64,000 nt of DNA from Octopus vulgaris. Its lineage: Eukaryota. The DNA lies in assembly GCA_951406725.2 (NCBI GenBank), contig OX597826.1:5642001-5706000 (forward strand). The letters run 5' to 3'. Below the pieces are notes generated by a model. It searched no databases, was not told the DNA's origin, and saw only the letters and a list, made by a program, of their open reading frames with translations. The position numbers and the translations under genes are program-made. This document shows, one piece after another, positions 26,722 through 40,480 of the stretch (within the stretch, counting starts at the first letter, position 1; each line of letters starts with the position of its first letter).

Positions 26722-26900
26722 ATACGACAGGTTGTCGAAAAGTACCTAGCTAAAAGGTTGTCGCGGAAGGTCTGGTTGGACGCCCAACCTTCCGAGTCCT
26801 TTTGCGAGGCTTAGAAAGACTGAAGAACCACTGCGATAAGTGTGTGAATCTGAGAGGTGAATGTGTCTAATAAAATCATAATTATCTAATCGCCCTATAT
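26722..26900 (+). mobile_element. Probable mariner-derived MITE fragment
   Basis: TACGACAGGTTGTCGAAAAGT resembles a mariner TIR start; the sequence translates to DKCVNLRGECV*, similar to mariner transposase C-termini. Confidence 0.45.
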
Positions 26901-29170
26901 ATTCTTCTAGCAAAAGGAATTGGCTCAGGGTACAACTAGATGTATCATATATGAAATACCTGCACCGCATTTCGATGGTACTACAATTATATGTGGTTTG
27001 GCGCAAAGGACTTTAATATTGATAATTCTTTCGACCAACAAACAGGGAACGACTGAATTCCAGTTTAATTCTTCTATAAACTTAGGTTGTAAGGAATCTG
27101 GACTTCTCTCCATAGTATGCAAAACTGTCGATAGAAAATCTTATTCTAACGGAACCCATAACTGTACAGAAGAAATTGACTGTTTCATACAGACAACCAT
27201 ATTTCTTTGTTTAACTTCCATGTTTCCATAATTTGTCATTAGGAAGAGTTTTATGTTGCTGAAATCTCTGAGGATTACGTGATAAATTCTTGAAACTACA
27301 GTGGAAGAAGTGAATCTAGAATATCTTTTCCTTTGTCTGGCGAATATTATGTCGTTGTATTTTTTCCAATCACTGAGTTACAATTCTGCAATTAAAAAAA
27401 CAACAACACTGATTGACATTTGCTGGGTCACAATACAATTATGAACACACGCACGCTAACATACACTCATACACTCACAACCACATTCACACGCACACAG
27501 GCAAACTCATACAGACACGCGCATATCATGGGATTCCACATAATTTTCCCTCTACGAAATTCACTCACAATGTAATTCATGAGGTGCAGTGCGATGGGTT
27601 TGAACCTGAAATCTCATAGCCACAAAGCGAACTTTTTAATTGCACAGACATATCTGCACCTAAAATTTCAAACCTGCATTTAACAAAGTATTCATTTAAA
27701 GCAAAGATATAAATCGGTTGAGATTTTCTTCGGGGCGGACGTTTGTTTGGTTACTCTTGGTGTCGGTTCAATAGATACAGCCTGTTTATATATACATACG
27801 GTATTATTAAAATAAGGAAAGATATTGTAATTAAATTGGTATGAAACAAGATACAGAATTTCATTTAAACTGGTTGTTTTCACTTTCTGCAACTTCTATA
27901 TCAACACTCATTTTTTTTTTCAATTTATGCTACTCGTATATCATTTATCATCTTGATAACAAGATTCAGATTTTTCAGAAAAAAAATGACATTCGAGATT
28001 TCAATATGAAAATAGTAATAGATAATAGAATATAATTTTCGATTATCAGATCTTATTTGGCTGTACATATAATCACACTTCTTCTCAATAATCATTACCG
28101 ACCACCCATGTTGCTACGAAACTAATAACACACGCAACAAAGTAAATAATATAAATGCATGTAGAAACCAAAGAAAAAGAAGAAAAAAATACCGTTTAGT
28201 TCTGCGTAATGGCCACGTATTTGGTGATATTATGTTTAACAATAAGTAAACAGATGACTCACTAACATAATTTTTTAAGCTTTTATACACATGCGCACAA
28301 AGACACATACATACACACAAACGCACACACACACAGATACACACACAGACACACACGCCCGCTCACACATACAAAACAAGTGAAATGCAGGGCAGATCTG
28401 TCATAAGCAGTTCATAAATGGGTATCCGAGAATTTAGTTTATGAGAACGTGAGAGCCACTCGTAATTGAGTGTTAGTAATATAGGCTTGTAGTGCCCACA
28501 GCACGTATCATCAAATTTCAAGGCAAATGACGTGTCCGTCGCTTACGTTCACAGAAAGGACGATTACTCAATTTGAACATAGTCGGGAATTCGTCAAACA
28601 TTCTCCAGCCGGAATATTCAACAGTAGCTAATACAACTTATAGTCATTTGAATTATGACGCAGGGTGTTTCAGTACAAGTAATTTATCAGATAACCAAAC
28701 GCTATAGTTACGACTAACACTTGGAACATGAAGAAATTACGATTATCAGTTGGAATATGAATAATCTTCAGAGGCTGTAGTAGTGCAACCGTATCCTTGG
28801 TCTAAGAGATTTCAGAAAAATAGGAAGAAATGTTCTAGCGTTCCAAAAATCGTTATTAGTCACACCCAAAATAAAGATTATGTGAAAATTTTCAGTTAGT
28901 AGGTTAGAGATTATTCTATATATAGACGTTCCGAAGTTTCTAAGTATAGCCGATGGAAGTAAAGTTTGTGCAGACATGCAATCTCCTAGTATCAATAAAT
29001 ACAGCTGTAAAATTTACATACTTAGCATCTAATTATCATTGAAGGTCATCGATCCCGTACCTTCAGGAAGAAAGATCTTTATATAAGTGGAAAGATGTCT
29101 AAATTCTATAAATATATCTAACTCCGTTTCTATGTATATAAGTATTTATATATGTATATAAGTGTTTATA

Positions 29171-29231
<61 letters not shown>

Positions 29232-29234
29232 ATG

Positions 29235-29279
<45 letters not shown>

Positions 29280-29289
29280 CTATATATAA

Positions 29290-29561
29290 CGGTCTCTCCC
29301 GTCGTTAGACAACGTATGAGTACTCGACGATTACTTACCGAACAACCACACTGATGATTTGTCTATAGCGTTCAAAATGTGTGTGTATAGATAAGCTGAC
29401 TCCCTCCATCAAATCGCCAGTACCTGTACAGGTACAGTGGCTGCCACATATCAGATGCGTAGATAATCGTGCTTTGATCGAGAACACAACGCAACCGCGA
29501 TCTGCGAATCGAACGCAATATCTCGCAATCGTGAGTGCAACACCCTAACCACTAAACCATG
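29290..29561 (-). mobile_element. Diverged tRNA-derived SINE
   Basis: The minus strand begins CATGGTTTAGTGGTTAGGGTGTTGCACTCACGATTGCGAGATATTGCGTTCGATTC (A and B boxes). Confidence 0.65.
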
Positions 29562-29697
29562 TTAGGCTGTGTCGTAGGAGGATTGTTAGCTCAATCACAT
29601 GACTCTGAGTTCAGTCCCACTGCGTGGCAACCGTCTTCCACTATAGTCTCGGGTCGACCAAAGTTTTCTGAATGTAGAGTGAAACTGAAAGACGCCG

Positions 29698-29762
<65 letters not shown>

Positions 29763-29887
29763 ATATATTTACGTGCGACTATTTGCTATGAATCATGCCT
29801 CCCCAAGCACATGGTTCCACGTTCAGTTCTACTATTTCTAAGTGGATTTGGTCGACAGAAACTGAAAGAAGCCCGTCATACATACAC

Positions 29888-29946
<59 letters not shown>

Positions 29947-30075
29947 TGTATGTATATTTTGTGTGTCTGTGTTTCTTCCCCACCCCATCACTTGGCAACC
30001 GATGATGGTGTGTTTATGTCTCCGTAAGGTAGCGGGTCGGCAAAAGAGACTGAAAGAATAAGTACTAAGCTTATA
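29562..30075 (+). mobile_element. Two partial family C SINEs in tandem with internal (TA)n
   Basis: GAGTTCAGTCCCACTGCGTGGCA..GAAACTGAAAGACGCC-(TA)n; a second head at about 29790 continues GAAACTGAAAGAAGCCCGTC-(TA)n-..GATGATGGTGTGTTTATGTCTCCGTAA. Confidence 0.7.
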
Positions 30076-30156
30076 AAGCTGAAGGCCTCGGACCAAGTTA
30101 GATCTACCATTGCTAAATAGTATAAATATATAGTATATATATATATAGTATATATA

Positions 30157-30235
<79 letters not shown>

Positions 30236-30236
<1 letters not shown>

Positions 30237-31080
30237 CAAGTGATAAGAGAGAGATCACATGTGGTCACTCTAACGCTAGATATAGATCCGCAAAAGGAAT
30301 CCACCACTAAAGAATTGTTCTCAAGAATTGTTCAACACGCCAAGAATGTAAGCGGGCAGGACAAATTAAAAATAACGAAAAAATAGATTAACTCTATACA
30401 ATTGTTTCATCGTTAATAGATTGTGTAATTTTACTTACACAATCAATTTCGAATCCTCAGTAGAGTATATCAAAAATATCATTTGCTGAACCGAACGCCA
30501 AAATCCATACGAAGCCGAGCAAAGGCGAACGGCACAGCCGATTATATTTGCAGTTACATCCAAATATCCTCATTTCTGGTGCGTTGAAAATGCCGGATGT
30601 AAATACTACCCCACTAATTTACTGCCGGTTTGAGAACATATTAATTTATAATTAAAATCACAATAAGGGTGAAAAAAATTGAATATTAATTAATAACATC
30701 AATTTAAAAACACCGAGTGGCCTAGCGTAAAAAAACTGGGATACAGTAAAAATTATTAATGCAAGTAATAAGAGAGAGACCAAGTAAAATTACACAATCT
30801 ATTAATGATGAAACAATTGTATAGAGTTTCGTTATGTTTCATTTGTCCTGCCCGCTTACATTCTTAGCGTGTTGAATTAATGCTTGAGAACAATTCTTTA
30901 GTGGTGGATTCCTTTTGCGGATCTATATCTAGCGTTAGAGTGACCACATGTGGTCTCTCTCTTATTACTTGTATTAATAATTTTTACTGTATCCCAGTTT
31001 TTTTTATGCTAGGGCACTTGGTGTTTTTAAATTGATGTTATTAATATATTTTTAATTTTTTTCACCCTTATTGTGATTTT
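30236..31080 (-). mobile_element. Non-coding HHR-bearing element with terminal redundancy (unit about 525 bp) and an inverted end; retrozyme or PLE-pLTR-like
   Basis: CAAGTGATAAGAGAGAGA at 30237 recurs as CAAGTAATAAGAGAGAGA at 30762; 30782-30973 is the reverse complement of 30236-30436; 30952-31080 is the reverse complement of 30654-30782; flanked by (TA)n. Confidence 0.78.
30391..30466 (-). ncRNA. Type I hammerhead ribozyme motif (GUA cleavage triplet)
   Basis: Minus strand: ACTCTA CTGAGGA [stem II containing GATTGTGTAA/TTACACAATC] GAA ACAATTGT A TAGAGT; 6-bp stem I and palindromic helix III; the base of stem II is imperfect. Confidence 0.72.
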
Positions 31081-31132
<52 letters not shown>

Positions 31133-31649
31133 CTGAGTTCTTTACAAGCAGCTGTTGGCGCTCATGTTTAAAGTAAAATATCTTTAAAAACTCCTTACTC
31201 GCATCATACTTTATATTGTTACATTAAACACGTTATACAGTAAGACATATTCCAATGGGTGTCCGTTTGTATACCGGTTATCTGCAAAAAATAATACATT
31301 TGGAGAACAGGGGAATATCTGTTATTTTTAGACAATTTCCCTCTACTTTCACTCTCTCTATTTTTGTATCTGAAAACCAAGAATTTCAAGGAAAACCACT
31401 CATTATTAGAAAAATGTGGACACACACAAACACACACTCTCTCACACTCACGCACACACACACACACAAAACACGCAAACACAAATATACGCAGACACAC
31501 CCACACATACACGTACACATAGAGAGAGCGAGCTAGCTAGCTATCTAGATAAATAGATAAGTTGATAGACAGATAGTGATAGGGATAAAGGGATAGATAG
31601 GTTGAAAGATAAATAGATAGATAAATTGGTAAGTATGGATGCGTGGTTG

Positions 31650-31687
<38 letters not shown>

Positions 31688-33109
31688 TGTGTATGCTTGC
31701 AAGTGTGTGTGTATTTGTGTATAAGTATGAAATACCTGTTCCTGCTCATTTGCATATGCCTATTTGTATATGCGAATGTATGCTTATAGGTAAGTGTATG
31801 AAATGGCACTTTTGTTTATACTTGAGAACCGGAGCATTATCTTGAGACTAATGCGAGAACACAATTGGAAAACCAATTATAGTTTCACGAATGCATTCAA
31901 TTGTAAACATAGTTAGCTACATACTTTCTGTTTGTCTATGTATACTTTTATAGGGCAACGCAAGTTCTGCTCATATAGCCTTAGCTGTATTTGAAATGAG
32001 TGTTAGATACGACAAAGTCATGCTTTTTGTTCTTGTAATTTATATTATGCCTTTGTTTTTCTTTTTGTTTACTTATTTTATTAGTTATTTATTTCGATAT
32101 TTTGTATGTCGAAAGAAATATATATACACAACAGAGTGACAACTAATTGCACAAAAATGTACATATCTATGCAAAAGATGTATTTTCTGAGAGACGCATA
32201 TTTCTACATATATCAATATAAAGCTATTTCGGTGTGTGGTGAAGCAAATCTTTGCTGAACCCGTTTATTAAGTATTACTTAAGTTTACCGTGAAATATTC
32301 CTTTTTCATACCGAATTCTACTTGGTGAAATTATTGATTACTTCTTAATTAATTAATTTTACCCTTTGTTATTATTATATCAATATAAATATAGAAATAC
32401 ATAGATATGCATATACATATATGCATGCATATATGAATGTATAGAAAGTGGAAGTTCTTATGAATGATAGACATCTTAAAATTAAGTGAGGAGTTTCAAG
32501 ACCCAGATACTTAGAGGAAGTGATAATTTATTGAAATATATCTATGAAGATACCACTGATGAGACTGCAATAAGGTCCGAAAACCATTTAAAGCTGTTCA
32601 GAATTTGTTTAATCTACGGACAACTGTGTAATTTTGTCATCTGTGTGTATGTTCATCATGTAGCCTTACATATACTAGGTCAAACCTAGATACTGCAGAG
32701 ACTGGACTTCACGTTGAAATCCCTATTTTATCAAATAATTTACTGAGGAATTGTAGAATACATATTAGGAGCTCCAGTACACTAGAGCTACTACATTTAA
32801 TGCATATATAACAAGATTGGTTACATGTCTCTACCGTACTGGGCAAGTGATGTAGAAATCTCTGATGAAAGAGTCAAAAATTCATCAGTGATCCTCATCA
32901 TTTCTCTAAATCTACCGTAATATGTAAATTTAACATGACTGGATATCTACTACGTGGCTTTATCTAAATATGTATATATACATATGTATGCATGTAAGCG
33001 CATGCGTGCATATGTGTATGTGTATTCATATATGTAAAGGAAACATCACTAAAATATATATATGTATATTTTGTATGTATACATACATACAAATATATAA
33101 AGATAAACA

Positions 33110-33318
33110 CCAAAAAGTTCACAAAGTCCGAGGAATGTTAATACAGTATATGGAGATTGGGCAATGAGAGTAATCCAATATCAACTGTGGTTCTAGAAAT
33201 TCCGAGACGGAAACTACAGCCTAGAAGACGAGACTTGTCCTGAAAGATCTGTAGAGTTCAACTAGGACGTCCTGTAAACCCTGGTCGAACAACATCCCAT
33301 CGTAATTGTTGAGGAATT
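33110..33318 (+). pseudogene. Mariner transposase N-terminal relic
   Basis: Translates to VYGD....YQLWF*KFRDGNYSLEDE..PERSVEFN*DVL*TLVEQHP, the mariner HTH region. Confidence 0.65.
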
Positions 33319-33465
33319 TACATTATTTAGTCCTCATGTTGTTTGTTGTTAACACAAAGTTTCGGCTGATACTGGGGAAATTTCGAATCTAGGTTCTCAT
33401 TCCTAAGGTATTTTTCGATGTTGTTGTTATCATCATCATCACTATTATTATTATTAATATCATCA

Positions 33466-33524
<59 letters not shown>

Positions 33525-34171
33525 GCTATTATTATTATTATTACTGTTATTATTATTATTATTACTATTATTATTATTATTATTATTGAGTGAGAGAGCA
33601 GTTCATGCCATCAAAGTGACACTGGGGTAAAATATACGAAGCCCAATATACCCATCATGACTACCCGTCTGATAAGGGTACACCAGGCACATGCATCACA
33701 ACCATATGTGCGCGACATGGTGATCTCATATCAAGATAAACAGCACATGACCTTGCAGGTGGGGCCCAATTAGAAATTTCTTCAGGTTGAGTAGCCCATC
33801 CCGCTCAAACGGTCCCTGAATAAGGGTTGTTTAAGGATGTTGAAAGAACCACCCATGTTTCCAGAGGTGAACTATTCAAACCCCAAAGAATCCCTCTCAA
33901 CACATGGCTATGATGCTCCCCCACTACTTCTGCTCGTGATCAGAGATGCACATATCGTCAGCCACTAAGGGACATGCTCAACTGGTTAAGGTCAAACAAC
34001 TGACAAGCAAATCTGTGGTATTGAGCAGAATATTTGCTGTAGCCTTATCTTATTATTATTATTATTATTATCATCATCATTTTTATTATTTTTATTATTA
34101 TTATTCAGGTGACTGCCTGGACTCGAACTTGGAATCTTGACGTTAGTAGACCGCGCTCTTAACCACTACGC
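33318..34171 (-). mobile_element. tRNA-head/(AAT)n/HHR-tail element, family E, left copy (HHR core deleted; interrupted by a family B insertion)
   Basis: Head 34106-34171 is the reverse complement of 34185-34250; tail 33318-33420 is the reverse complement of 34510-34560 joined to sequence matching 45270-45348. Confidence 0.8.
33588..34050 (-). mobile_element. (TAA)n-inserted retroelement 3' end, family B, copy 2
   Basis: Reverse-complement homologue of 3640-4093, embedded in (ATT)n. Confidence 0.85.
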
Positions 34172-34175
34172 ACAC

Positions 34176-34259
34176 GGGCATATGGTGTAGTGGTTAAGTG
34201 CGCGGTCTTCTAACGCCTAGATTCCAAGTTCAAGTCCAGGCAGTCACCTGATAATAATG

Positions 34260-34326
<67 letters not shown>

Positions 34327-34345
34327 TAATAACAATAACAACAAC

Positions 34346-34380
<35 letters not shown>

Positions 34381-34392
34381 TAATAATATTAC

Positions 34393-34470
<78 letters not shown>

Positions 34471-34615
34471 TAGTAATAATAATAATAGTGATGATGATGA
34501 TAATAACAACAGCATCAAAAAATACCTTAGGAATGAGAACCCAGAATTGAAATTTCCCCAAGACACCTGATGAAGGCTGGAGGGTATATCAGCTGAAACG
34601 TTTTGTTTAATAATG

Positions 34616-34617
<2 letters not shown>
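34176..34617 (+). mobile_element. tRNA-head/(AAT)n/HHR-tail element, family E, right copy
   Basis: A box TGGTGTAGTGG (34183), B box GTTCAAGTCC (34228), (AAT)n at 34251-34510, then a conserved tail with the HHR core CTGATGA (34567) ... GAAA (34595). Confidence 0.82.
34562..34607 (+). ncRNA. Minimal type I hammerhead motif (stem I damaged)
   Basis: GACAC CTGATGA A GGCTG..CAGCT GAA ACGT T TTGTT; the intact version is at 45245. Confidence 0.65.
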
Positions 34618-34673
<56 letters not shown>

Positions 34674-35325
34674 CGTAAATATATATCAACAAAACTCACA
34701 ATACGCTTCCAGTTCTTTCTTGATTGCCACCTTCTTTTACCATTTTGGCTCAATTCTTTTGACAAAATCGTATTTCCATCTTCATGAAGGCCTTTTAAGT
34801 GATCTTTTCCAATTTCCTGGATACCACTCAGCACCTACATAGGATTTGTATATTGCGACATATCCATATGTAACGTATGCTTTTGGTATTCTTTATGTGT
34901 GTATGTATGTATGTATTTGTGTGTATATGCATTAAATTGCACATATTTGATATGAATAACAGCGCATCCTTATTGAAGTCAGATTACTGCTTTGGAAACC
35001 TCTGGAGAATCTCCTATCGTTGCTGACACCACAAAAACCCTGCAAGTTGGTACATATGCCATGTCATATTGGAGCCTAGTGGGAAGAAGATATACTCAGA
35101 AAGAGAGGAAATGCGGTGAGACAGGGAGTGAGAGAGTTTGTAGCATTTAATAATTGCCCCTTGTATTTAATTAGTAGATGAATACTTGACCCCTAAACGA
35201 TGAAAGAAAATGTTAAGTTTGCATAAATTCTTTGAGGATATCTAATAATCTACGTGGCTCTATCTGCCCACCCCTCTTGCTCTGTTCCTGGCTCCCTCCT
35301 TCCCTATTTCTCTCTGTCTCCCTCT

Positions 35326-35426
<101 letters not shown>

Positions 35427-35490
35427 ATGTGTCTCTGAGTGTCCGTAAATGCGTGTTCTTGAGTAAGTACGTCTCAGTCGCAAGTGTGTT

Positions 35491-35524
<34 letters not shown>

Positions 35525-35865
35525 TAGATAGATAGAGAGAGAGCGTGCGTGTGCGCGAAGAAAGACTGATAGTAAAAAAGAGACAGAAGGATGAGATATG
35601 GGAAAAGTCGGAGGAGGTGAGAAATAGGGGAAGAGAGAAAGCGAGAGAATGAATAAACTGAGAAGTGGAAATAGGTGCATGAGATTAAGAATTGTTTGAC
35701 ACATATTCTTTGCCCAGCTCTGAAGAGAATACACTCACCTAGATACACTACCCCAACCACTTACAGCCATTCGACTGAGAAACCTTTTTCAAAAATTTAT
35801 GTTTACACTCTGTCAAGTCACGGTCTTTCGCCTGCTGTATACATAAACACATACATAGTGACATG

Positions 35866-35944
<79 letters not shown>

Positions 35945-36107
35945 ATATATATATATATATATATAATAACATGTATATATGTGTGTTTGTTTATATACAT
36001 ATATATATATATACATACATACACACATATATATATATACCTGTATATATTGTATATATATATATATATGTATATATGCGTATACGCTAAGACGTTTGTA
36101 TATGTAT

Positions 36108-36149
<42 letters not shown>

Positions 36150-36314
36150 TGCTGTATATTTATTGTTTTTGCTGTAGGTTTTCAACGCAAAACACATCAG
36201 TTACAATTCCAGTTACGACGCCTCACATTTAACACTTTAACTTGTACGTTGAATTCGGTTTTCTTGCCTCTTTATGGCCTTCTCTCTCTCGCTCTCTCAC
36301 ACATTTTTTTCTCT

Positions 36315-36356
<42 letters not shown>

Positions 36357-37100
36357 TTTTTTCCCTCCCACTCTCTCTCGCTCTCTCTCACTCTCTCTCC
36401 GTAACATCCTCTTTTCTCTCCCCAACATTCACTCCCTTCTTCAATTCTATATCTCCTCATTTCCTTATTTTTTCCTTTTCTTTTTGTGTTCCTTAATTTT
36501 CGCTATCATACAATCGATGCACAGTTGTAGGCAGTACGGCAAAGCGCACTTGCTCAATGCATTAGCAGTGTTGTGTATACTTACATCAAAGATATTCACC
36601 TTTATTGATAAAAACATGGACTTCACACTTTGGTATACTGTAGTTTAACACGTCAAAATCATTTCAAATCCATACTAATGTAAATTACCAATGACGTTTT
36701 CTAGGTACTTTCTTTACTTATATGTGTGGCTTATTATTTTATTATTGTGCTGAATTTTTTTCTTTTTACTTCCGTACCTAATGGTTTTCCTGTTGGATGT
36801 GTTTTTATTATTTGTTGTTGTTGCTCTTGTTGATTCCTTGACAAACAAATACCTTATAAATCTTACGATGAGTTAAGGTATTATGAAAAGAAAAAACGAA
36901 GTAAAGCAATAACTGCTGGGAATCTACATGTGTTTCTTCTACTAAATAGTATTACGACACCTGAACAACAGTCAAACACAACCCTGCACAACTTAAGTGG
37001 ATATACATTCTGACACAAGTTCACTTGCAAAAACTACACACATAGACACGTACAAACTTTCACTAAATACATACGTACGCAAGCACATATATATACACAT

Positions 37101-37150
<50 letters not shown>

Positions 37151-37267
37151 ATACATATATATATATATATATATATACACACATGTATGTATATATATAT
37201 ATGTATATACACATATATATACATATATATATATACATACATATACATAAATACACACACATGTATG

Positions 37268-37305
<38 letters not shown>

Positions 37306-37380
37306 CATACATACATACATATATATACATATACATATACATACATATAAATAAATACACACATAGTGTATATATATATG

Positions 37381-37422
<42 letters not shown>

Positions 37423-37607
37423 GATATTTCTCTATGTCTCTGTCTGTATGTATGTCTCTCATGGTCTCTCATTTCCCCTGCTTCTTTCTCGCTCTCTCTC
37501 TTTCTGAATACGCATACAAATCGTTCTGGAGTTATTATATAACCGATGAAGAGTGGAGGAAAGAAGGTATCACAATATGCTTGCCCGCGCGCGAGTATAC
37601 GTGTATG

Positions 37608-37649
<42 letters not shown>

Positions 37650-38135
37650 AATGAGAGAGAGAGAGAGAGAGAAGAGATAGTGATACATAGGGACAGTTTA
37701 AATATAACACTGTTGCTATTGACCTTCCTGCCCAATGGAATGATTTGCCGTAGGCCTTCAAGTGATTGTACATTTGTAGTAAATTGATGAGTAGAGAATA
37801 GAACAACCTGCGGATTTAGAAACCGCTCCGTTTCTGTAGGAACTAAAAACACGAATTTGGGAAAGTAAGCAAAATTGCTTCTCATGTTTTATGGACATTA
37901 ACTCCTGAGAGTATCGCACCTGTAATAAAATGTCACTCGGCACAATACTACCCATTATTAAAGAGATTCCCCCCCCCCACCAAAAAAAAAAGAGATTCCA
38001 GACGTACGTTAATGAATTTGTCATAGGAATGACGGTTGGTCGTCTTACGTAGCTCTTCTATTCACCTCTAATCATGTCACTACACGGTCCCCATTTTATT
38101 TTCCTCTTGCTTTTAGACTTTATTTCTATATATCC

Positions 38136-38350
38136 AGGTATCATACGACCAAATAGCATTGTGATCAGAAATACAGCTAACGTAAGCAATATATTTTATT
38201 TCTCTTTGCCGAGATATTATACCGCCAAATAACTTTGTGATAAAAAAAATACAGCTAACATATTATACTATATATTTAATTTCTCAATGTTAAGGTACCA
38301 TACCGCCAAATAAAGATCAGAAATAGAGCTAATATACTATGCTATATATT
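38136..38350. repeat. Degenerate minisatellite, unit about 77 bp, about 2.7 copies
   Basis: Recurring ATAC(C)GCCAAATA..GATCAGAAATACAGCTAA motif near 38143, 38219 and 38300. Confidence 0.7.
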
Positions 38351-38354
38351 CAAG

Positions 38355-38500
38355 AAATTCAAGAGTATTGAAAAGGTTGCAAGACGCAATGAAAATTTTA
38401 GGAAAATAAAGATAAGAAATAAGTGGAAATTTTACCGGTGAGTGTGTTACCTTATAAGGCAATAAACGAAAATGGCTCTCCACAGACACAACAGTATATG
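38355..38500 (+). mobile_element. Repeat family F fragment with a variant (U3-A8) hammerhead-like motif
   Basis: TTGAAAA G GTTGC aagac GCAAT GAA AATT T TAG at 38368; reverse-complement homologue at 63570-63715. Confidence 0.6.
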
Positions 38501-40480
38501 CTTCAACACACGAACTCATATAAAGAATCTTGCAAACTAAACCCCAAAACGTAATATGTTTAAGTTGGTTTCATAAAACGTATGCGTACGATGCCTTACT
38601 GAATGTTATTGATATTTCAATGAATGATTCCACATAATTAATTACATATAACTAACACTACTCGTCCTTCTGGATCGTCAAAATGCAGACTCAAACTTCA
38701 CTGTGCACCATTATTCGGAAATTGCGGCAGTGCAAGCAAGATTATTGAATCATTTGGAGTACTTTTGAAACATATATCTCATGTTAAAGAATAAAGGAAA
38801 TGCTATATTTTTCACCGAGGGGAAAGAAATCATACTGTGCTGATTGGAAACTCCACCAGGTACCTAAAATCCATGGAGATTACTTAAATATGCTTCCCCC
38901 ACACTGACAAGTTTATGCTTGATATCTAGACCATTCCATCCTCCACGTCTAAATACAACCTCGACCGATTTAGATAACCATTCTCTCCATAGTCCTCTAT
39001 TTAATCTAGATTTCATTTGTAACACGCTTAAAATATGGTTTGATAGACATTCTTACCATAGAACCACGAATACATTTCACGATAAAATCGCCTTAGCCCC
39101 CTCCCCACGAGCTTGGCGCCCTTGTTTCATAATTTGAAACTAACGTTGATTTGGTCTTCCATAGGTAATATTCGGATTTCTTTGACCTATTTTTACTGCT
39201 CTGCAATATTCAAACTATTACTAGTTAGATTATTTATTTAACTTATATTTAATTCAGTGACTAATTTTACTTATGTAATTTTAAAGAATTTTTAATGTAA
39301 TTTATAAGAAAGTAATTTATATAAAGTTGTTCACAGTCGTAGTTAATCTATTTCCTTAAGGTGAAGAATAGTTCGGTTTTCCTTTCCAATTACGAAATTC
39401 TTAGTTCATAGCTGCGGAAATACCGTTTAAATTCTAAATTTCCGAGTATAAATATAACAATATTTTATAACTATTTTTCGTTACATGTTACGCTTCGGAC
39501 AGCTTATTTATGGCTAATATGCATGTTTGTTTGACTTTTTCTGCTTCCCATTAAATGTTGTTTCTGCCATTTTCTCCAAATGTGCATCTATGGTTCATCC
39601 TTTCATTTCATTTGTTCCCTTGTTTTCTCTTTCCTTTACTATCTCTCTCTCTCTCTCTCTCCTTTTCTTTCGACGGTATACGTTGATTTTACAAATCTCA
39701 CCTGTGTAACTTGCTCTATATAACAATTAGGAATATCTAACTTAATTAACACTTCAGTGTTATCTTTCGCAATGCGAATCCATGACAATGGTGACAGCCA
39801 TAAATATAGTTAAACTATTTGTTCAAAATAAACAGTTTAAACAATTACGATACAACTCCACCTCCTTTATGTTAATGAAACAATCTAATAAAATTGAATT
39901 GGCATTCTCTTTTTAACAAAGTCCGTGATATGCTTCAAAGAACACAGTTCAATTTGTATTCGTCGGCACTAAAAAAAAGTTAATATACAGTATGTGACAC
40001 GATTATGGAACGTTTGAAACAGAAACTGCAACTTACATATTCTCTCTTCTTTGCCTATCTTTTTTATTTCTTATTTTGGTCATTCTGAACATAATATTTG
40101 GTCAATAATTCCCCATGCATCTGGCCACTCCCTTTTCTCATGTCTGCATTCTCTGACAGCCCGCTTGAACAATCTGCGTTTCCGATTGGCCCCTTATATT
40201 CTAGCCTCCTCTATAGAGACAGAGCAGGCAAAGACCTTAGCGTACGCCACTCTGAATTGTGAGTATCCAATTTAGTCTTGTGGAAACCACTTGATGGTGA
40301 TTGAAGAAGAGGTAAATGTGGTCAGTTTTACACTCCTTTATCAACAACTTGAAGGCAGATAGTGTCCTGGAATCTATCCAGTACCTCGAGGTAGTGATGA
40401 TTGACCGACGAGTGTGGGTATTTGTTGCTGTGGCCCGTGTTAGAGCCCGACTATAATAATGATAATAATAGTATGGACTA

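Noticed and set aside
26925-27230. Possible Penelope RT relic on the minus strand
   Set aside because: Only vague resemblance (MGS, KF.EEL....VPCLLVER); no catalytic motif is recognisable without a profile search.
32550-32595. Hammerhead-like CTGATGA GAC..GTCC GAAA
   Set aside because: No convincing helix III, cleavage triplet or stem I downstream; possibly a decayed motif but not supportable.
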